Of a DNA stretch of 64,000 nt, positions 13,480 to 25,400 are shown piece after piece (the first letter of the stretch is position 1; each line of letters begins with the position of its first letter). Origin of the DNA: Octopus vulgaris. Taxonomy: Eukaryota. Under the pieces are notes generated by a model. That model did not search any database and was not told the origin of the DNA. It saw only the letters and a list, made by a program, of their open reading frames with translations. The position numbers were made by a program, and so were the translations under genes. The stretch covers positions 80,228,001 to 80,292,000 of the forward strand of contig OX597816.1 in assembly GCA_951406725.2 (NCBI GenBank), in the 5' to 3' direction.

Positions 13480-13574
13480 GTGTGTATATATATATATATA
13501 TTAACAGTAATTGTATGACAACAAAAGAATGAATGAGACCTCGATATTAAGTAAACAGGAATTCATCTGTAATG

Positions 13575-13779
13575 TAATATGTGACAATTATTCGGTTACC
13601 ATAATAAAAGTCCGAGTTTCGGATGTCGGCGTGGAAATCTGCTTCCGCATTTCGTCAGTTATTAAGACAATAAAAAAAATTGATTGTCTTATTAACTGAC
13701 GCGATGCCGGAGCAGATTTTCGCCCCGACACCCCTAACTTGGAGTTTTATTATGGCAACCGAATAATTCTGACATATTA
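13575..13779. repeat. Inverted repeat (~97-bp arms), each arm holding a hammerhead-like motif
   Basis: 13575-13671 pairs with 13683-13779; same family as 33850-33944. Confidence 0.85.
13603..13663 (-). ncRNA. Type I hammerhead motif (partly decayed)
   Basis: aataa CTGACGA aatgcgg...ccgacatcc GAAA ctcggac TT ttatt; stem I aataa/ttatt. Confidence 0.6.
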
Positions 13780-13784
13780 TATTA

Positions 13785-13838
<54 letters not shown>

Positions 13839-13920
13839 CCTATATATATATACATATATATACAAGAATGAGATAAAAATCCAAGTCTGTGAAAGATTTT
13901 AGATCATTTATAAATAGAAA

Positions 13921-13968
13921 GTCTTGCAGCTGTTTCCGGGATATTCTATATATCCCTTCATCGGAGAC
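13921..13968 (-). ncRNA. Type I hammerhead motif (variant or decayed)
   Basis: gtct CCGATGA agggatat..atatcccg GAAA cagctg CA agac; stems I and II intact, two core changes. Confidence 0.6.
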
Positions 13969-14185
13969 GGTGTGAGGAAATGGTTAAGTAATAGTTATTT
14001 TAGATAAGATATGAAGTAGAGAGAGAAGTGGAGGAATGAAAATAGATGTGAGATATGCAGGGATATTGCATCTGTAGAACATTAATGAGGCAGAATGGTA
14101 TATATATATATAAGATTCTAGTACCTTGTAAGTTCCAGTAGTATTTAAAATTGGTCATTCCATGTATAGAGTTTTTATATATATT

Positions 14186-14262
<77 letters not shown>

Positions 14263-14264
14263 GT

Positions 14265-15062
14265 ATGTATATTTAAACACTATGTGGTTAGCCATATGCT
14301 TGAAGTAGATCACCTGCGATCAAACTACAAAGAAAAGAATGTTCTCCAGAGAAAAATTCAGAGGACACCAGAACAATATGCGGGCAAGACAGATGAAAAT
14401 TATATAAAAAACAAGAATTAATCGCAGACCTAGGTTTCGCCTATTAACGAATGAATCACTTACGTAATCGTAATCGTCCATAGGGCTCGTCAGTGCGATC
14501 GTTCCACAGGTAATATAATTTGTAATTATAATTTGTATAATTTGTAAAACTAACCACCAGTTTTCCGTATAAAAACAGACACGTGCTTAGTTTCACCGAT
14601 TCCATTGGGGTTAATTTCAAATGTCTGAGTTCTGGCGCGCTAAAATTCCGGAAACAAAATCTGCAGTAAATAATTTACTGCAGTTAATGCTGCCTATTAG
14701 AGAACATATTTATTTTAGCATTTAGATAATGAGGGAGATAAATTGAATATTAATTTAATTAATATCAATTTAAAACCAGTAGCTTAGCATGCAAAAATCT
14801 GAAGAATCAGAGAAAATTCTAATACATGTGTATATTTAAAGAGCTAAACAACCACTATGTGGTCAGCCATATGCTAGAAGTAGATAACCTTCGATCAAAC
14901 TACAAAGAAAAGAATGTTCTCTAGAGAAAAATTCAGCGGACACCAGAACAATATGCAGGCAAGACAGATGAAAATTATATAAAAAACAAGAATTAATCGC
15001 ACACCTAGGTTTCGCCTATTAACGAATGAATCACTTACGTAATCGTAATCGTCCGTAGGGCT
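14265..15062 (-). mobile_element. Retrozyme-like / non-autonomous PLE unit, ~1.4 tandem copies of a 575-nt monomer
   Basis: 14265-14486 repeated at ~14826-15062; non-coding; flanked by (AT)n; contains an intact hammerhead. Confidence 0.8.
14421..14499 (-). ncRNA. Type I hammerhead ribozyme (canonical core)
   Basis: atcgca CTGACGA gccctat[extended stem II with gattac-GTAA-gtgatt hairpin]ataggc GAAA cctagg TC tgcgat; perfect 6-bp stem I, palindromic stem III, GUC site. Confidence 0.85.
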
Positions 15063-15082
15063 ATATATATATATAATTATGA

Positions 15083-15525
15083 GCAATAATTCTCTGAACG
15101 AGGTATAAACAGTAGCTGCACGACAATGTGAAGTATATTTGTCACTTAAATGAGGCTAACTTCACATTGTCGTACAGCTACTGTTCATACCTCGTTCAGA
15201 AATTAATTATGGCTTGTTTACACTTTTTCGAGATCAGTGACTATTCGTCACTGGAAAAAGGATATATGTATTTGCATTGGGAGCCCGCCGCATCGAAGAC
15301 CGGTGATTGTCGTGCACTGACGACTGGTAAATATTCAGAAACCCGGGTCTGTGCGTATCACGTCAGGTCGAAAATGAGAAGGATGGCTTCCCTGTGCAAA
15401 TGCTGATAGGGCACAGAAAGTGTTTCAATACCCAGCTCGAGAAGATGTTCTCCTGGGGCAACAAGCTACAGTAGCATCCACCCTTAGTGGTTAGCCACAT
15501 TTAAGTGGCAAATATACTTCACATT
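15083..15525 (+). mobile_element. Retrozyme-like unit (357-nt period) preceded by an inverted partial copy
   Basis: acttcacatt at 15159 and 15516; ~15085-15160 is the reverse complement of the junction-spanning sequence (15489-15525 joined to 15169-15205); contains a hammerhead. Confidence 0.75.
15311..15355 (+). ncRNA. Type I hammerhead ribozyme (canonical core)
   Basis: cgtgca CTGACGA ctggtaaatattca GAAA cccggg TC tgtgcg; 6-bp stem I with two GU pairs, palindromic stem III, GUC site; stem II weak. Confidence 0.75.
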
Positions 15526-15841
15526 ATATAGTTATGTATATATATGTATATATATATATATATACGTATAAATATATTTATAAACATATATAAATGCATA
15601 TATATATATAAATATATATACGTATACGTACATACATGCGTATATATATCTATATATCTATCTATATATATATATATGTGTGCACATTTACGTTGTCATA
15701 ATACGTACCCGCACTACATGTTCGTCGTACATCTACGTAAAATTGTTATATAACCAAATATAAATATATATGAATATATATGTATATATATGTATGTATA
15801 TATGTATATATATATATATATACATATAAATAGATGGATAA

Positions 15842-15884
<43 letters not shown>

Positions 15885-16070
15885 TACACAGTCTCACTCA
15901 AACATACACATATAGTGGTATGCGTGTATGTATGTATATGTGCACATATATATAAATATACATTTACACATAATTACATTCATACAAATATATATAAGTA
16001 CACAGACACCATACATACGCATGTATATATGTATGTATATATATATGTATGTACATATGTATGTACGTAA

Positions 16071-16136
<66 letters not shown>

Positions 16137-16415
16137 ATATTTATATATACGTGAAGTATGCATACGTGTAGGTTTATGTAAGCATATCGATTTATCTAAT
16201 TTACAACATTGAAAATATTGAGAATTGTTGAAAGTACAACGTTTGAAATGAAAATTATAGAATATTTCCCACAAAATTCTTTTCAAATCGAGAAAATCTC
16301 ACAAAAGAACAGCATTTGTGGAAAACCATATAATTGAACTTAATGTTTTATTCCAAGCAAATACACGTGCAAAAAGTGCATGAACACTCCCCGATGTAGA
16401 AGTGACAACGCATAC

Positions 16416-16461
<46 letters not shown>

Positions 16462-16503
16462 ATGGAATAAATATATACAGTTTTAAATGAATTCTCACAC
16501 ACT

Positions 16504-16535
<32 letters not shown>

Positions 16536-17049
16536 AATATATATGTACGTACATATATATATATATATATACACGCAGACATATATGTATGCATACTCAT
16601 TCATAGAGACTTACATGTATGCATACATAGAAGGATGTGTGTGTATAGGTATATACATATATCTAAGGATACAGTATATATTTATGTTGATATATAAATA
16701 TATAAATACATACATGCGTACAAATACGCATATATATATAGAAATATATATAATCGTATATACAACAGGCTAAGGCAAAATACATTTATCTCATTGTATA
16801 TTTGAGATTCTTCCATTTCCGTTCCACTTTTCACATCGTCGTTCTCATAGCTCTAATTTAATATATTTCTATTTTTATGGAGCACTTTTCTGATAAATGC
16901 CCCGTTCTTGGATGAATTAAGATGTAGCATGCGAAGCCGATGTGAGTTTATCTATGAATCAATCTATCTATCTCCATGTATCAATACATTTCGTACCGCT
17001 GAATATTTGTGTGTGCGTCGGTGTGAGTGGATCTATGCATATTCACACA

Positions 17050-17080
<31 letters not shown>

Positions 17081-17867
17081 GCACACATACACACACAGAC
17101 AGACACACACACACACATGTATATATATATATATACACATATATGTACATACATACATTTATAAATACATGTATTATTGTATTTATTTCTATACGGATAC
17201 ACTACATGCACAAACACATCACTGCCCGTGCTCACACGCATATATTTATATAGGTATATAAGTATATACATTGAGAGAGTGAGAGAGAAATGATCGCGAA
17301 TGACAAGGATATGGTACTGGGTTACTTCCATTCACAAGTATATCTCTTATTTTAATCAATCACACGACGAAGAGAAAGGAGAGACGATGAGGAAGAATAC
17401 TCCGGTAAACCGAAGAAACATAAAATAGAGAGATATTTGGGAAACGGCCAGAACCTATGTATTGATATACATACATACAAACATATATACATACCGAAAA
17501 ACTCGCACTTTACATAGACAACATATAAGTGAAACAGCAAAATATGGGAGGGTTTTCTCAGGTTTAAAATGTGACAATGATGAAGCTTTGTATCTTTATT
17601 AGAAGCTAGTTCCTTTTGCAGATGGTAAATTTAAGTAATTAAAAACAGAAGAGGACCTATAAATATATTACCCATGCACACACACACAAATACATACATA
17701 CGTACACAGATGCATACATATACACATACATACACACATACATTCATACATACAAACACATACATACACACACATACATACACACATACAGACGAACATA
17801 CATACACACATATGCATACACGCATACACATACATTTACACATACGTACATAATACATATGCATACA

Positions 17868-19448
17868 TGATGGTTGCTAACTCGATTTCGAGTTAGAGCT
17901 ATTTCCTGATTTCTTTATTCCTTAGAATATCATCGATAAGCTGAACGAATATGGCTTTTGAGGCCTGTCAAAGACCTGCAAGGTCTTTTGACAATTAGTG
18001 CAAGAAAACTCAGTGACTGTATAGGTAACAGCTCCATGAACTTTACTATGTCTTTTCAAGCCACTTTCTGATCCGCACATTTTATGACAGTATGCGTTCA
18101 AAATCATCTGTCCATGAATGTGCGGTTGTGCAATGTGTGAATTCATATGGCACTTCAGCTCAGACAAATTTTTCCAAATTTGTCACATGTAAAATCATCA
18201 CGTTTATTAATGCTTGTTAGAACATCATCCCTGTCACTTTTTCTCATCTTCCTTTTGATCTTTGCATGCTCCATTCTCTTCTTTTCAAATTCATTTTTGC
18301 CTTCAAACACAACTTTTTCCCATTTTTCTCAGCAATGCGCTAAATCTTCCCAGTTGTCAATCGGAACATTTATCTCATTCAGTCCCGACTTCAATCTTTG
18401 TACCTCATCTTTGGTTTGTGGGACGGACGCTTACCTGTCACCAATTCTCCGTAAAAAAGTTGTTTAGGCATTCTGTTGTTTATCATTCTGACAACTGCAA
18501 TAGTAAAGCTTCAATACTGAAGCATTTACCTTTTTCAAGAACCTTATCGTCACTCACAAACATAAACATTTTCCAGCTGATCCTCAAAATCCTTCTGAGA
18601 CATTGTTGATGAAAACGTTCCATAAGTTTTAAGTGCTTACGATACACAGTCCAGGTTTTGCAAGCACACGATAAAGAGGTTAAGATACATGTATATCTTA
18701 ATCTTTGTCACAGTGGAGATACCGTGTCTAGACGACAGGCGGTCTTCCAGTTTGCCAAAAGCAAAACTGAGTTTCTAAATACGTAGTGATACTTCATCAT
18801 CAAGATTCGCTGATGTATTTAGTGTGCTCCCTAAGTAAACAAACTTAGAAACCTTCCATACACGATGATACCAGGTCCTATGTATGGCATTCCTGGTGCT
18901 GCCTGAAACGCCAACAGTTTTGGTTAAATTTATGGCTAAGCCAAGTGCTTCAGAAGCCATAAATTGCATTCATAAGAATTTGCATGTCCTCCTCAGTATG
19001 AGTGACAATATCACAATCATCTGCATAGAGAAGGTCTCTAATAAGAGTTGAGGACGACTTTGACTTAGTTGTCAGTCTTTTGATGTTAAACATTTTTCCT
19101 GTTATGCGATATCTGATATATATGCCTTTGATAGCCAATTGAAAAACTATAGTAAAACAGAGGGTGAAGAGAGTGGGTGCTAGTATGTCACCTTGTTTTA
19201 CTCCATTCATGACAGAGATAGGCCCCGAGAGCTTTCCACCAATGTTGATCCTTACTTCCATGCCATCATGAAACTGATTCAGAATAATGAGAAACATTAC
19301 CGGGCATCCAAGTCTCTCCCAAGATATTCCACAAGGTAGTTCTATTGACAGTCAAAAGCCTTAGTAAGATCACTGAATACCTGATAAAGTCCTATTTGCT
19401 GTTCCACACACTTTTCCTGTAACTGACATGCAGAGAAGATCATGTAAC
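17868..19448 (-). mobile_element. RTE-clade LINE, 3' part (RT C-terminus, C2H2-like fingers, 3' stem-loop)
   Basis: GVKQGDILAPTLF, LLYADDCD, FVYLGSTL, CHKMCGSESGLKRHSKVH; hairpin ctaactcg-attt-cgagttag at 17877-17896 before a (TATG)n tail. Confidence 0.9.
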
Positions 19449-21050
19449 TGCCGTGCTGATATTGCTGAGGTTGCCTTTAAAAAATAGGTCGGTAAGTAAC
19501 ACTTGTTAGTGTTTATGCACCAACCATGAATGCAAGTGAAAATGGAAAGCTCTCCTTTTATGATGTGCTGAAAGAAAATATACACAAATTCCACACGATG
19601 ATAAGATTATCAAATTGGGCGATTTTAATGCTAGAGTTGGTATAGATCATGAGGCATGGGGTGTGATTGGAAGATACGGTGTGGGAAATTGTAAGAGCAA
19701 TGGCTTACTTTTGTTACAGATGTGTCCTGAATTGAATCTATTTATTATGAGAACTGCTTTTCAACAAAGAGATATATTCAAAACTACATGGATGCATCTC
19801 GGTTCAAAGCAATGTCACTTAATAGACTATATAACTAGAAAACGAGATAAGAGTGATTTCTGTATAGTGCGGGTCATACGGGGAGCAGAATGTTGGACAA
19901 ATCATCGCTTGGTTCGTGGGAAGATCAAGTTTGTAGTGAAGCCAGAAAGCAGACAAAGTGGCACTGACATCCTTAAACGTCTGAATGGGAAGCTGCTTAA
20001 GGATAAAGCAGTTAGAGTAGAATTTCAGTAGAAAATCGAAAATTTGGATTCGACAGATGAGTGGATGGACTTCAGAGGACAACTATGCAATTTAAGTAAA
20101 GAACTTTTAGGAGTAAAGAAGAAGAAACATCAAGATTGGTTTGATAACAGTGATGGAAATATTCAACATTTGTTGGAAGAAAAACGAAAGGCATTGCATT
20201 CATTACTAGCAGAGTAATAGAGTTTTTCCAAAGAGAGAAAAGCAGATGTGCAAAGAAAGATTCGAAGCATACAGGATACATGGTGACGGAAGAAAGCAGA
20301 AAAGATAGAGGCTGCTTCCAATGTTAAGAACACTAAATTATATACTCTCCTTCGTGAGGTGTATGGGCAATCATGTTCTACTTTGGCTCATGTGAAGAAT
20401 AGGAATGGTGTTTTATTGAGGGAGCCAAAAGACATCTTAAAATGATGGGAGGACCATTTCAATGAACTTCTGAATCGACCATTAGTATTGATATGATTCC
20501 ACAGAATGCACCCACTGAGTGTTTAGATGACATCCCGTCAGTGGAGGAAACAATAACAGCAGTATCAAAGCTGAACATTGGTAAAGCACCAGGAATTGAT
20601 AGACTGAATGTAGAACTATTTAAGTTTGTGATTTACTACTTGCTAGAAATGCTGACAGCAGTAATACAGAAGATATAGAGAAATGAAGTTATGCCAAAAG
20701 ACTGGAAGGATGCAGTCATTGAAGTAGTGTTCAAGGGTAAGGGACAAAACGATGAAAGCAATAACTTTCGTTGTATTTGCCTGCTTGATACGGCCGGCAA
20801 AGTTTTATTACAAATAATGTTGGCCCGGCTGCAGATATATGTGGCTAATGAGATTCTTTCTGAATCACAGAGTGGATTCAGAAATGGTAGGGGTATTGTT
20901 GACATGATCTTCTCTGCACGCCAGTTACAGGAAAAGTGTGTGGAGCAGAAAATAGGACTTTATCAGGTATTCCTTGATCTTACTAAGGCTTTTCACTGTC
21001 AATCGAACTTCCTTGTGGGAGATCTTGAGGAGACTTGGATGCCCGGTAAA
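19449..21050 (+). mobile_element. RTE-clade LINE, inverted 5' part (AP endonuclease and RT N-terminus)
   Basis: VSVYAPT, GDFNARVG, TWMH..HLIDY, WTNHRLV, GKAPGID, ESQSGFRNGRGIVDMIFSARQLQEKCVEQ, FLDLTKAF. Confidence 0.9.
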
Positions 21051-21104
21051 TAGACATACATGCATGCATACGCACACACATACATACATAATACATACAT
21101 ACAT

Positions 21105-21315
21105 TCTTTTGTTATTTTACTGTGGCCATGCTGGAGCACCGCCTTGAAGTTTTCAGTCGAACAAATCGACCCCATGACATATTTTTTAAAGCCTAGTACT
21201 TATTTTACCTGTTATTTTGCTGAACCGCTAAGTTTCGGGGAAAAACACACCAACAACGGTTGTCAAGCGGTAATGGGGGACAGACGCAGACACAGACACA
21301 CATATAAATATATAC

Positions 21316-21353
<38 letters not shown>

Positions 21354-22022
21354 ACAGGGTTATTAAAAAAGAATGAACCGATTTTATTATGCAATATTTT
21401 AATAAGGAAAGGCAATGGAAAACTCTAGCTAAGTCATAAGTATTTACCCACAATCCACTTTTATTTCCTGCCTTACAAGTGTTCAGTGTGGCCACCACCT
21501 GCAGCACGGGCAACATCAATGCGATAAGAGAACTCCTCCCAGACGCGTATCAGCATATCACAATGCAATGAGTTAATCGCAATTGTGTGATTTTTTCTTG
21601 GGATACGTAAAAGATCGCGTTTATGTTCCACCGCTACCCACTAACCTCGATGACCTTAAACAACGAATAACAGCAGCGATCAACTCATTGGATCGTGATA
21701 TGCTGATACGCGTTTGGGAGGAATTCTCTTATCGCATTGATGTTGCCACATTGAACACTTGTAAGGCAGGAAATAAAAGTCGATTGTGAGTAAATACTTG
21801 TGATTTAGCTGGAGTTTTCTATTGCTTTTCCTGATTATAACATTGCGTAATGAAATCGGTTCATTCTTTTTGAATAACCCTGTATAAAGGACGGGTTTCT
21901 TTCATTTGCCGTTTACCAAATCCACTCACAAGGCTTTGGTCTGCCTGAGGGTATAGTAGAAGATGCCACGCAGTTAGATTGATCCCGGAACCATGTGGCT
22001 GGGAAGCAAGCTTCTTACCACA
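21105..22022 (-). mobile_element. SINE family A split by a MITE
   Basis: Tail at 21105-21280 and head at 21890-22022, either side of the inserted MITE. Confidence 0.8.
21355..21882. mobile_element. Tc1/mariner-derived fold-back MITE with ~225-bp inverted arms
   Basis: TA-cagggttatt...aataaccctg-TA; arms carry transposase C-terminus CDFFL(W)GYVKDRVYVPPLPTNLDDLKQRITAAI. Confidence 0.9.
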
Positions 22023-22049
22023 CACTCACATGCACACACACACACCAAG

Positions 22050-22435
22050 TTTTACCTTTAACTAGTTTCAGTCATTGAAGGCATCAGTGAAACAGATCGA
22101 CCATAGTATTTATCTTAAAAATCTGTTTATTTTATCGGTGTCTTTTACCGAACTGCTATGTTACGGAGATGCAAACAATCCAACATCGGTTGTCAAGCAG
22201 TGGTGGTGGGCAAACACAACACAAACAAAAAAAAAACACACACATGCACATGCACAAGACACATACACACACATATAAGTGGTTTTTTCCAGATTCTGTC
22301 TACCATATTGTCTCACAAGGCCTTATTCGACCCGGGGTTATAGCAGAAGAGACTTGCTTAAGGTGCTGTGCCGTAGTACTTAACCCAAGACCACATTATG
22401 GGGAAGCTAATTTTTTGCTCATATAGCCACGCTTA
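22050..22435 (-). mobile_element. SINE family A (degenerate)
   Basis: gtttcagtcatt, caacatcggttgtcaagc, ctcacaaggcctt and agccacgc motifs of family A in reverse. Confidence 0.7.
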
Positions 22436-22535
22436 TGCTTAAATATATATATCTAACAAATACACACGCACAAACAGGCACACACAAACACACACACAGA
22501 GGGAAACATATGCATAGATATATTTATGTATTTTT

Positions 22536-22584
<49 letters not shown>

Positions 22585-22907
22585 TTATGTACATATATTT
22601 ACAAAGAAAGACAGACCAGTGTGTTATTACCAAATATAGAACTATTTTGTTTAACGGAAAATAACATAATGTTGGAATGTATACAAATTATAGTAATGAA
22701 AATTTAGAAAGGTGACAGATTTAGATTAAATTTAGTGTGTCATACGACAAAACAGTGATAGATAATAGCATGTTAGTAATATATTTTGAATTGATTGTTA
22801 GGTCTCGTGTGATGTGATAGGTGAGAGAGCAAATAAACTGTTGTAACAAGACTGTAGAAACCTTTGGTTCCTCTCATTTGTTTTCTATTGGTAGATGTCG
22901 TAAATTC

Positions 22908-23314
<407 letters not shown>

Positions 23315-23599
23315 CACGTATGTTTGGGTGTGTGTGTGTGAATTTACGTTTGTATCTTACTATTAGTTAATAAAATATATCCATATATTACATTGCATGT
23401 GTGCATTCGTATGTTTTGTTTGATTTATGCATTTGTGTTTACGCAAATTTGTATTTCTATACACACATATAGTTATTACTGGCTAGACTGCTGGAATGTT
23501 TCATATACTTTCACTGTTTCAAAAATTGCTCATAATTGTAGCCGTATTCTTTTTGGTTTTGTGATGCTCTCGCTCTCAATATTTGACCCACGGCAATCA

Positions 23600-25400
23600 G
23601 TTAGATAACCAAGTTGATAAATAATTATAGATATGAATCTGAAGGTATACTATAAGTCTATTATTTGGAGATATCTCATTAGTCCTGCAAAGAAGTTTTC
23701 TTGTTTTTCTTTTATCATCATTATGCTAACTTTTGCGCCCAGTGATTTATTTTCTAAGTTCAAGTAGTCTGTTTTATCATACCTTCATTTTACAGTTTTT
23801 ACAGGAATATTTCAGTATGCTTTTTTCATATTATAAGTAATATCGCTACAACACTATCATTCATATTTTTATTTCATTATTGCCACAGCATCAGACTTCG
23901 TAAGTAGATAACTAGGTGATGACATTTCCAGATAGCTACTTTTGACGGGGATTATATTTTAGCGTAAATTCTGCCGAGATTGCAGCGATGGCCATGCTCA
24001 GATGTTATATCCCTATCTTGAATCCTGTTGATAATTCTTGTTCCTGGATTGCCACAGCATGCCTGTCAAAGTGAAAGCCAATGTAAAGGCTGTTACTCCA
24101 AGTTAAATGAAACTATTTTGATTATCCGTTATTACCTCTCAGTGGGAACACATCCATGCATAGACTTCTGTTGATAAAAAAAAAACATGTTATCTGATAT
24201 TCAGTAATGTTCTATTACAGTAGAGCCGTGCAGCTTCCCTGGATGTGTAACTCTTGTCATCAATTAGAGAATACCTTCTGTGTAGCTCTTTCTCAATTTT
24301 TCTGATATTATTTGCTTTATTTATGCAGTCTTACTTCAGAGACGCATGTCGTTGGCTGAGTTTGAGTAACTGTTGCTGAATTGAATGATGTGATTTTCAA
24401 AATTTGTTTGAATAAATCTTAAGCCTCTGTCTCCCTATGTTCATTTTAGACAAACGCGACCAATATCACTGATGACGCAGAAGTTTCTTGCACTTGGTAA
24501 TAGCTTTTTTGTGTTTTAACATTAATGTTGGATCTTGTGTTCAATAGCACAGCCCAAATGTCAGTACGAGCACTCTGTACCACTGATTTATAGAACGCAT
24601 AGAATTCTGATGACCATATTTTATACCCATGAGTTATATTTGCTATTTTCCCTTACCTTGTTACTAGTTGATCCTTGGATATATTTTCATCCCACTCAAA
24701 ATACCAGTATTTCATCCCACTCAAAATACCTCATTGAATATCGGAGGAATAAGACATTGCTAGATATTGAAGAATTCATCAACAAAAGCAATAACCTCAA
24801 CTATGTTACCATGCTGATTTATTATTTGTTTTCGTTTTACAATCATCTAGTATCGCTATCTTGGACAAATTCCATCCCGATAACTTTTAATAGTCTGGTA
24901 ATGAGATCAAAGTATTCCGACATGCATTGATACCATTTCGTCTTTTCCTGGCCCAGTCATATCTCCCCTTGAACTATATTTGGCGTAGAAGTTAAGGACT
25001 TCCCTGTTAGTATGAAGAGCATCGCAGAATCTCTTTGAAATATACCTCTGATATAATCTCATATATTTCTGTTGTTATATAGAGGTCGTTGTCAGATTAG
25101 TTAAGGACTTATTGTTTCTTTTAAGTTGTAATACCACCATGATCAATAAGTTAGAACTTAATTACATACACATTTTTAATAATCTATCCATGTTGTAACT
25201 AGCTTCTTGTTTTTTGTTTTTGTTTTTTTTTTTAGGCGGGGAAAGGGGTCTTTTTTTTTGCATCTTAAATCCTTTATTTCCTGTTACTCAGTATTTTGAA
25301 GAAAATTATTAAATGAATTTTCTGTAATAGATCGATTTCAGACAAAAGGTTTGACTCAGTCAAGTTAATTGCCTTGTATATTTGCTATTAGCGTTGTCTC
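23600..25400 (-). mobile_element. Heavily decayed RLE-type non-LTR retrotransposon, related to 6500-7650
   Basis: RGIFQRDSAMLFIL, VIGMEFVQD, AVAIQEQELST, Y*NIPVKT, GLMRYLQII..YTFRFISII; 5' boundary uncertain. Confidence 0.6.
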
